The notes below the pieces were generated by a model that had not been told where the DNA came from, did no database searches, and saw nothing but the letters and a program-made list of their open reading frames with translations. A program made the translations under genes and the position numbers. From Wallemia ichthyophaga EXF-994 (Eukaryota > Fungi > Basidiomycota), in NCBI RefSeq assembly GCF_000400465.1, contig NW_008806282.1:330001-362000 (forward strand): a stretch of 32,000 nucleotides of DNA, in the 5' to 3' direction. Each line of letters begins with the position of its first letter. Position 1 is the first letter of the stretch. Below are positions 1-9,115 of the stretch, piece by piece.

Positions 1-2231
1 CTTGAGGGTTGAATCGCTACCGAGGGAATGGGTAATGAGACGTCATAATAATCAACTCGTCAGTTTAGATACATATATCGGTCAACCGAGAAATCAGAAT
101 GCTGTTAATACTAATTCAAGAGGAGGAGCACAAATGTCTGGAAGTGGAACACCAATGATGGGAAATGCAACACCATGGCAAGGCGGTGGCAAGACACCCT
201 TTGCACAAGGAGGAGCAACACCTTGGGGAGGAGGTGGACGTACACCCGCATCTGGAGGAAGAACACCTGCTGCAGGAGCTTGGGCTGCTGGTTCAAAAAC
301 TCCATCAGCTGGAGCTTGGGCAGCAGGCTCAAAAACGCCAGCTGTACGTGGAGGTGCAACACCAGGTTGGGGAGCAGGAGCAGGTAGTAAAACACCTGCG
401 GGAGCTTGGGGAGCAGGCAGTAAAACACCTGCTGGAGCTTGGGGAGCAGGAGCAAAAACGCCTGCTGGAGCTTGGGGAGCAGGAGCAAAAACGCCTGCTG
501 GAGCTTGGGGAGCAGGAGCAAAAACGCCTGCTGGAGCTTGGGGAGCAGGAGCAAAAACGCCTGCTGGAGCTTGGGGAGCAGGAGCAAAAACGCCTGCTGG
601 AGCTTGGGGAGCAGGAGCAAAAACGCCTGCTGGAGCTTGGGGAGCAGGAGCAAAAACGCCTGCTGGAGCTTGGGGAGCAGGAGCAAAAACGCCTGCTGGA
701 GCTTGGGGAGCAGGAGCAAAAACGCCTGCTGGAGCTTGGGGAGCAGGAGCAAAAACGCCTGCTGGAGCTTGGGGAGCAGGAGCAAAAACGCCTGCTGGAG
801 CTTGGGGAGCAGGAGCAAAAACGCCTGCTGGAGCTTGGGGAGCAGGAGCAAAAACGCCTGCTGGAGCTTGGGGAGCAGGAGCAAAAACGCCTGCTGGAGC
901 TTGGGGAGCAGGAGCAAAAACGCCTGCTGGAGCTTGGGGAGCAGGAGCAAAAACGCCTGCTGGAGCTTGGGGAGCAGGAGCAAAAACGCCTGCTGGAGCT
1001 TGGGGAGCAGGAGCAAAAACGCCTGCTGGAGCTTGGGGAGCAGGAGCAAAAACGCCTGCTGGAGCTTGGGGAGCAGGAGCAAAAACGCCTGCTGGAGCTT
1101 GGGGAGCAGGAGCAAAAACGCCTGCTGGAGCTTGGGGAGCAGGAGCAAAAACGCCTGCTGGAGCTTGGGGAGCAGGAGCAAAAACGCCTGCTGGAGCTTG
1201 GGGAGCAGGAGCAAAAACGCCTGCTGGAGCTTGGGGAGCAGGAGCAAAGACGCCTGGGGGAGCTTGGGGAGCAGGAGCAAAGACGCCTGCAGGAGCAAAC
1301 TGGGGTAACAGTACACCTGCAATCAGACCGGATGATAATGATCAAGGATGGGGATCAGTCTCACCAAGAAGATCTGAAACCAGAGATGTATCGGTGATGC
1401 AGAGTAATGCTGATTGGGCATCTACATCACCTGCATTCAGACCTTCTGCAGATGCATCCGAGTCCCCAGAAAGAGCAAACTTTGGTAGTACATCACCTCA
1501 ACCAATGGGTCAGTCAAGCTGGGAATCACGCGATGATGTGGGTACTTTAAGTTCAAAATCATTTATACGAGCTAACGATGAATCCAATGTAGTACTCAGC
1601 ACCAACGCCATATGGAGGAGCTCCAACACCATATGGATCAGCACCAACGCCTTACGGAGGAGCACCTACTCCTGGTGGAGCGCCAACACCTGGTGGAGGA
1701 TACAATTACAATACGCCAGGGTACAATGCACCAACACCTGGAGGCGGAATGGCACCGACACCATATGGAGCGCCTACACCAGCAATGGGAGCTTCAACGC
1801 CTTATGATTCAAGTTCAGGACCGCAAATGCATGCATCGAGAATGCAACTTAGGCACGGGCCCCCAACAGACTGGTATAAGGATAACGTTAGTATCAAGGT
1901 GAGGATAGACTCGATTGGACAATTCGAGAAAGGTGCTTATGATGGAAAGTATGGATCGTTGCAAAGATGTACACCAAATGAAGACGTGATAGTGAGAGTT
2001 TTGGATGACGGAAGTGAGGAGATAGTGCTATCACATCAGTTTATATCACCTGTGCAACCGGGAGATGGAGCGTTTGATAGACGCCAGCAAGCAATGGTAA
2101 TTGAAGGAGATTATAAGGGAGAGTTAGCACAACTGTTAACTAACGATGAAGACGAGTGGATGGTTAAGGTATTTCCAAGTGGAGAAGAAAATTTCTTGAG
2201 TACATATTCAATGGTACAATATGTAAAGTAG
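1..2231 (+). CDS. SPT5: Transcription elongation factor Spt5, 3' part (CTR repeats and C-terminal KOW-like domains); truncated at window start
   Basis: The ORF from position 2 encodes TP/W/G-rich repeats ([11 protein letters not shown]). An intron at 1538-1592 (GTGGGT...GCTAAC...TAG, phase 0) joins it to a second repeat region (APTPYG) and the 1749-2231 frame, which has KOW-like segments ([17 protein letters not shown]). Confidence 0.92.
398..1290 (+). repeat. Coding minisatellite with a 33-bp unit GCTGGAGCTTGGGGAGCAGGAGCAAAAACGCCT (Spt5 CTR)
   Basis: 24 consecutive identical units at 431-1222 (792 = 24 x 33), flanked by degenerate copies. Confidence 0.97.
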
Positions 2232-2282
2232 CTGCTTCTTTCAATAATGAAAGATAAATGAATGTATTAAATGAGAGTACAA

Positions 2283-3060
2283 TCATAGTTCCAGAGTGCC
2301 TTGATCCTTCCAAAGGTTCATGAGATCGCCTACGCCCGAACCGAGAACGTCTCTTTTATCGATGAGGTCAAACTCAGTACCAAAAGCGACAAAGTGAGCG
2401 AATAGAGAGTTGAGGTGACCTTCTAAGCTGAGGTGGAGAAAGGAAGAGAAGTGAGCCCAGTATAAGTGAGCAAATACTCTAAAAAGTTGTTTATATATGT
2501 GCTTGGCGGAAGAAGGGAAGGTGGGCTGGAAGTAGTTGTTTTGCTTTGAAGGGAAGACGAGTTCATCGTTGAGCAAAGACTGGACCCATACCATAACATA
2601 GTCAATGTAGGTAGGCGCAGGCAACTTGACTAGCTTTCTTGATTGATCGATCCAAGTGTAGTCAAAGTTAACACCTGCAGACATGGTTGGATTCGATTCA
2701 AGCGTGACAGTTTCAGATATCACACCGTAAAAGGCGTTCAAGTTGTGGAAGAAATCAAACAAGTTTATAGCTACCCATTCGTTAACGTCAACGTGCTTTG
2801 GTAGTACTACGATAGTCTTGAAACTGCCTTTGACGAGAGCAGCTTTACAGAAAGGCTGACATAAGAAAAGAGGTTTACTGTTGTTATTTTTAGTATTCAA
2901 ATTATTGGGTATTTGGGGTATTTGTTGCTGTTGAGTTGTCGGTGAAGTTGGAGACCTTTTCTGTGCGTTTGATTTGGTGCGAATGCGCCTAATTGGTGTG
3001 TTAGACTTTAATATCCCACAGTCACCTCACTAACCCAATAGAACCAAAGAAATTAGACAT
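2283..3060 (-). CDS. MOB2: MOB kinase activator, Mob2-type (RAM/Cbk1 network)
   Basis: Exon 1 (3060-3035, MSNFFGSIG), 46-nt intron (3034-2989, GTTAGT...CTAAC...TAG), then an in-frame exon with LVKGSFKTIVVLPKHVDVNEWVAINLFDFF and QLFRVFAHLYWAHF, typical of the MOB family. Confidence 0.9.
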
Positions 3061-3131
3061 GGTGTTGTGAATGACTGGGTCTCAGTCGAGATTGATACAG
3101 AAATCAAGATGATTCATTCGTTCAAGTAAAT

Positions 3132-3726
3132 TTAAATTTTATTTAAAATGTCAACGACATCTTTGTACTCAACCATTGCTCCAATACCTAAAGCAGTTTA
3201 TTTCAGCATTACAACCGATCCACTCACTTCAGCCCTACTAACCTTCATCTCCACATGCTAGCCGCTTGCTGATTGGGCCGTGTATATCGAACTTTAGAAT
3301 ATTACTCAGTATATCCAGTTGATGGTTTGTTAACGGGTTATTGTACATGAAACTGTTCATTGAGGGAAATACGTGCACTGGTGTTTTATCATCTAATGCT
3401 CTTACGATTGACGTTACCAGATTATCTGCTAATCCGTTGCTTATTTTTGCCAACGTATTGGCAGATAAAGGTGCAACAATGACGATATCAGACCACCTCC
3501 TTAATTCAATGTGTAAAATATCATCACCTATCTTATTAAACATGTTCCACTCATCCGAATCTCTATAAATTGGTATGCTCCCATCGATATCGAGATCTTT
3601 TACAAAGTTATAAGCTGATTGAGTGATAGCCACTTTCATATTGAAATTTGGTTTCAATTCTTCCGTCAATAGCTTTAGTTTCACAGCTGCTACTGATCCT
3701 GTAACCAATATAAGTAAATTCTTCAT
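3132..3726 (-). CDS. PPCDC: Phosphopantothenoylcysteine decarboxylase (HFCD flavoprotein, Hal3 family)
   Basis: Motifs VTGSVAAVK, HIELRRWSD, APLSANTLAKI and PSMNSFMY. An intron at about 3242-3189 restores LACGDEGIGAMVEYKDVVDILNKI*. Confidence 0.92.
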
Positions 3727-3778
3727 TTTACAACTGTACTGTTGGTCGTCTGCGTCTACTAAACCACCAACTAGTCGT

Positions 3779-5064
3779 ATGATGCAACTAAATCGCTTGA
3801 ATTATATTAAATCATCAATCACTTGTAGATTAGGCATTAGACTATCTCACTCTGTAAATAAACCTCCGAAACCGAAAACTGTCCTGCGAAGAAACGCTGC
3901 AGAACAATCAGCTCCTGTTAGATCAAAGCTTATCAATCGTCCGGGTAGAACTAACGTCATGCCCGTCTTGGCTTTCTCAACTGCTGAAAGATACGACTTT
4001 AACTCACTCAAATCATCACTATCTGCGTATAACTCATATCTAGTACCAGACTCTGATGGCGCAATCTATATTCCTCTAGACAACACCGGCGATAAAGAAG
4101 TCTTCATCTTTAAATCTGGCAGTTTCGTTACCTGGGGCATGGATACTGATCAAGGTGAACGATTCTTGCGTCAAGTCATTAGAAGAGGCAATACGCCTTC
4201 CAATAATCAAATCAGTCTACAGAAAGTGCTAGAGGCTAGTGGTAGATTTAAGAACACTGGCTGGGTTGAGAAAAATCGCTACCTTGAATTTGAAACTGAA
4301 CAGTTAGATTACGTTGTTGATCCTTCTGAATCAACTAGATTGCAAGGTGATTTAATCGTTTTAGGTCAAGACTCGGATTTAGACTCTATCAAAAGTATTT
4401 CTTCAAACTCACAGTTGAACACTAATGAATACCCTATGTTATTAACGAAATACTCCTTCTCGCACGCTCTCAGTCGCAGTGCAAAATTGTCCGCTTTAGA
4501 ATCACAATTATCAACCTACCTATCAAAGGTCTCATCAATCCCTTCTTACCTCGCTCTCAATGGCAAAGTCCCTCCTGAAATGGATAGAAAAGCCATTGCT
4601 AGTAGTATGGGCGAATTACTCAGATTCAGACAGGGCCTGAATTTGGAACTTGACAATGAAGGTGAGAACTTTTGGGGTGTACCTGATGCCTTATGGGATG
4701 AACAGATCCTAGAGAGTTATTTTCAACAAGTTTCTGAAGTTTTGGATATAAAACCACGCGTTGACGCTGTTAATCAAAAGATCACCTATGCAGCAGATGT
4801 ACAAGACACTTTAAGAGATTATCTACAAACGCACGTATTCACTTTATTCGCTCTTCCTCTTTTAACCTCCTCCCCAACAGTCAAACAAGCCATCGTATGG
4901 AGTTGATCATTATTGCGTTGATTACGGTTGAAGTAGCGTTGGCTATTATAACCCATGGTAGAGAAATTTATCTCGTACTTACTGAGGAAGAACCTGGTCA
5001 GGATGGTCAGGATAATCAGAATACGGAGGCGGTGCATCTAAGCAATCCATTGAGGGTTCACTAG
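3779..5064 (+). CDS. DUF155 / RMND1-Rmd1 family protein, probably mitochondrial
   Basis: Basic presequence-like N-terminus; VFIFKSGSFVTWG, FSHALSRSAKLSALE and LDIKPRVDAVNQKITYA. A GC-AG intron at 4831-4880 restores the family C-terminal TM segment SHRMELIIIALITVEV. Confidence 0.85.
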
Positions 5065-5980
5065 GCGGGCATTCACTAGGCGGCACATCTGGAAGCTCAG
5101 TGGTGGGTTGAGTAGGCGGTGTGATTGAAGAGGCCCTTGAGATTTGAATAAGCGGGGTATCAAACGCTATAATCTTATTATTATTGTAATCTACGCTAAT
5201 AAAGTGACTGATAGATAATATATCTTTGTAAGCAAAGTCAGATATGTCTATCAGATTCATATCTGTGCTAAAGTGATGAGTGACTTGACTTGTGTGATAA
5301 TCTGTATGTTCGGATATCATGTCTGACTTTTGCAGTGTGAATAAAACTGTCTCTAATCTTTTCAATTCATGCCAACGGCGTGTTCTCAGCTTGACTAAGC
5401 GATGGAAATGGATCTTTAGGTCAAAACTGTCGTTCCTGGTAAGGGTAATTGCCAGATTGATTGGTAGTGATTTATTCATTGGTATCATTTGCGTATCTGG
5501 AACGTGCACATTTAAGCCAGCGATTGTATTCTTGTGTTGTATACTATTACTAATCACTTTATAGCTATCAAATTCAATTGAATTGCTAGAAGACTTGATT
5601 AGATCAAACGTAAACTTGTGCTTTTTTGCTTTTTTGAATAGCTTTTTATATTCTACGCATAGAACCAGCGTATATTCAACGACGACGCTATCTTCACCAT
5701 ATCTATACCTAAAGGAAGGCGGAAGGCTTTCGCTCAAACTAAAGCTGTAGTGAAATTGATTTATCCGCTCGTCTAAAGGTGTAGGATCATGCATCATATC
5801 CGCGTTGAACAGCCCCACGCTATCATCCACTAAGCTGATAGATCTGCTAAACTCCCCCACTCGTATGTGTAGATCACCAACTAGCTTTAAATAAATTTCT
5901 TTCACATCTTTGTATTCATTTGCTGTAATTTTCCCTTGTAATTTAGTTCCGAGTGTGGGTGGATGATCAAAGGTGTTCAT
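4979..5980 (-). CDS. Arrestin-like (alpha-arrestin) adaptor with C-terminal PPPY motif
   Basis: Long single ORF with LPPSFRY and VEYTLVLCVEY (arrestin N-domain-like) and APPPYSDY near the C-terminus. First ATG at 5980; the sequence is divergent. Confidence 0.6.
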   Translation of the reverse strand: MNTFDHPPTLGTKLQGKITANEYKDVKEIYLKLVGDLHIRVGEFSRSISLVDDSVGLFNADMMHDPTPLDERINQFHYSFSLSESLPPSFRYRYGEDSVVVEYTLVLCVEYKKLFKKAKKHKFTFDLIKSSSNSIEFDSYKVISNSIQHKNTIAGLNVHVPDTQMIPMNKSLPINLAITLTRNDSFDLKIHFHRLVKLRTRRWHELKRLETVLFTLQKSDMISEHTDYHTSQVTHHFSTDMNLIDISDFAYKDILSISHFISVDYNNNKIIAFDTPLIQISRASSITPPTQPTTELPDVPPSECPPSEPSMDCLDAPPPYSDYPDHPDQVLPQ

Positions 5981-6027
5981 TAAGGAATTATTTATACAAC
6001 AACATAATCGATACAATTTGACGTTGC

Positions 6028-7279
6028 CTATTGATCATTGAAAGCCACTCTGAGCATGGCAGAATATGGCTGACGACATATTGGACAATACCATCCTTTA
6101 GGTTTGCGCTTACGTCTGCGTTGAGATCTGCCAGCTTCGGCAGCAATAACTCGATCATTTTGGGTTGGAGCATCTGCTGCTTCTGTTGCATTTGCTGATG
6201 TCGATGGCTCAGCACCCTCTGTACCCCAAGCACCACCTTCTCTGTCTGGTTGTACACCCCCACCGCCAAAATCTGTCATTCTAATTGCGCAATCCTTGCA
6301 AGCAACAAGGTGTCGACATGGTAATAAGACTGTGTCTCTTGGCGATGCCAAGCATATAACGCACTCACCCCCAATGTGATCATCCGTCATACTCTGATTA
6401 ATATCATTTGAGGCATTGTCTCTAGTATGTGAAGACAAGCCGTATATTTCGTGAAGATTGAATTGCTTGTTCGCAATATAACCAATACGCTTATCGACTC
6501 TAAGGAGCCAGCATTCGTCGCATCGATGGATGATAAGATACGTCGACTGCTTATTATGTGGTGTAACAGCAACACCACTATCATCACATCCAACTAAATC
6601 AATCTTCAACTTTAGTTCCAGCTTTGTGACTTGGTTTGAGTCTGCATTTGAGGCTACGGAATCCGAGTCTGAGCCGTCGTCAATCTTCTGCAGTCTATGC
6701 TGGTGCGCCACAAGATCGAGCTTGTTTGGGGACTGCCAGTGCCTATCCCAGCCACCGTCAACAACGTCCTCCATCAGCGACTCCTGTGAATCCAACCAGC
6801 TCAAAGATATTTTCACTTTTGGGGTGAGACTGTCGAAACTGAAGCTAAGCGACTGAAATTTATTTGAGACTGGAGCAATAGACATGGAAGGGGATGTCGG
6901 TCTGTTAGATTCTGTGGAAATAATCGAAGGTGCCCTATCATTTGTCAATATGCGCAGGGTGTTTCTCTTCAAATTGCACTCCAATTTGAGCGTAGAAGAA
7001 GGGGATTGCTGGGGGCGTTTAGAGCAATTTACTTGGCGTAGAAACACGACGTACATTCTCTGTATTGTCAATCCACTCGCGCACCAAGTCATTCTCCGTC
7101 TCTCCTACCGCATTAGACTGTGGATCTTGAAACTGCAGATCAGGTCCATATAGACGCTTTTGGTTAGGTTTTGGTGTAGTATCTGCAGGTAGCTCTGGCT
7201 CTTGTGGAGCTGTCGTTGGTGGCGCTCTTCTCGAAGCTGCCCTGTCTGTGGTGCCCCTTCGAAAAAAGGCGGAGATCAT
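6028..7279 (-). CDS. RING-HC (C3HC4) E3 ubiquitin ligase, MGRN1/RNF157-like
   Basis: Exon 1 (7279-7055), 46-nt intron (7054-7009, GTACGT...CAG), exon 2 with ECVICLASPRDTVLLPCRHLVACKDC...CPICRQPY. Confidence 0.82.
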
Positions 7280-7755
7280 GAAGGAACAAGATTAACCGTC
7301 GGATGGAGTTCAACGCGATGAAGTCACAAGTGGCGCGTGTTTGCCAATAAAAATAAATGAATAATATATTTCATACTTGTAGCAAAATACAAGGCCCCTA
7401 TCAGCAGAGCTGTAGTCTGAACGAGTCTTATTATTCTTGGCAGCGGTGGATTTGTGATTGGTCCCAGGTATCTGGATAACCTAGATAGCCTATTGAATAC
7501 TATTCTATTTTTAGTTGCAATTCCGTGCAAGATATCCCACATAGCGACCGGTATTCACATCCAGCTGTACATAATCTTAAGAGTTTTTCAAATTCCTTCT
7601 TTATTATTTCCTTGCGCTTCCCACATTCCCAAGTACTACTGCCCATTCCTACTAAATATAGCTAGGAATGCGTTGTGACACACATTCCTAGCCCAATTAT
7701 AAATTTACCAATTCCCTCTTATTCTTCTACATCAATCAAGCTCATTTACTTCTCA

Positions 7756-8853
7756 ATGGTTAATCTCGGTCTTCTCTCTGCAGCTGCTCTCGCGGTAACG
7801 GGCGCCTTCGCAAGCCCAGCGAAGCGCACCTGCGATAATATCCACGTCCGTCGCAATTGGAACAACCTCAACGGAGATGAGAAGTCTAGTTTCCTTGGTG
7901 CTATTCAGTGTATGATGCAGAAACCAACGTTATCAATCAACGGCGTCGATCAAGTCTCAAGATACGAAGACTTCGTCTATATTCACCAGTACCCAGGCTA
8001 TGCTATCCATTGGGTCGGTAGATTTCTCCCATGGCACCGTTGGTTCGTGTATGCGTACCACCAAGAGTTGAAAGACTGTGGCTACGAGGGTGCAATGCCT
8101 TATTGGGCCTGGGAGCAAGACTGGCAAGACCTTAGTGCTTCAAACATATGGAACGCTGATCCTAACATTGGCTTTGGTACTTACGGTAACTTCGATTACA
8201 ATAACGTTTACAGTGAGTCAAATGTTTGTCTTAGTGTGTTACTCTTAACCATTTGCTAAGATTCTACTACTATCACCGACGGTGCTTTTGCCAACCACCA
8301 AATAAATTTCCCCTACCCTCACCAGCTCACTAGAAATCTCCCGATGACAGCAAACTACCCATGGTCAGGACCAGGCCCATACTGTCAGCGTGGCTATAAC
8401 CCAGAGAACATGAGAAACCTTTCTTCTATCGCAACATACAAGGACTTCTCTGTAGCACTCGAATCACCTGATCCAATTCACAACCCACACGACTTCCCTG
8501 GTCCACACGGTGCCATTCATTTAGCACTCTGGGGTGATATGAGAACTGACGGCGTAAACAACTCTTCACCTAACGATCCATTGTTCTTCATGCACCACTC
8601 AAACGTTGATAGAATCTGGAAGAGCTGGCAAGAACTTGATGAGAGTCACCTGTATGACTTTGCTGGTAACACTGACTATTACTGGGACACTGGTATGAGA
8701 AGTGGTATTCCGGCTCAGCTTGAAGACCCATTGTTGTACGGCGGTGTAGGTGCTCTTGGCTCTGAAAATTTAAAGATCAAGGACGTTATGGACACGACCG
8801 AGTGGCCTCTCTGCTACACATACGAGGATCTAGAACCTTGGGTTGTTAGATAA
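7756..8853 (+). CDS. Secreted tyrosinase-like type-3 di-copper protein
   Basis: Signal peptide MVNLGLLSAAALAVTGAFA. CuA histidines in VYIHQ, AIHW and FLPWHRWF; CuB histidines in PHGAIH and SPNDPLFFMHHSNVDRIW. Intron at 8213-8260 (GTGAGT...AAG) joins the two ORFs in frame. Confidence 0.9.
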
Positions 8854-9050
8854 GCCAGCAATGCTTTCTATGGCAGCTAAATCGGACTTTTTTCCTACTC
8901 TCACTTTCTTTGTCTACCTGATCTCAATGTAATCACCGGAATAATAATACTACACTCATTAGATATATTACTTGAAAATTTATATGACTGATTGATTGCT
9001 TTATGTGTTATATTGATATCCGAGATTTATCTTTCTATTCACCTCATCTG

Positions 9051-9076
9051 CACACACACACACACACACACCACAC
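9051..9076. repeat. (CA)n microsatellite
   Basis: Run of about 10 CA units followed by ccacac, between the tyrosinase and COP1 3' ends. Confidence 0.85.
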
Positions 9077-9115
9077 AAGACAACGTTTAAAGAAAGTATA
9101 AATTTAGACAATGTT

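Noticed and set aside
111-1397. Long alternative-frame ORFs ([33 protein letters not shown] and [11 protein letters not shown] repeats)
   Set aside because: The 33-bp unit has no stop codon in these frames, so they are a by-product of the Spt5 repeat.
7324-7678. Short ORFs between the RING and tyrosinase genes (72 aa minus, 74 aa plus, and a 48-aa Cys-containing minus ORF)
   Set aside because: No recognisable motif or convincing splice structure; more likely the shared promoter region.
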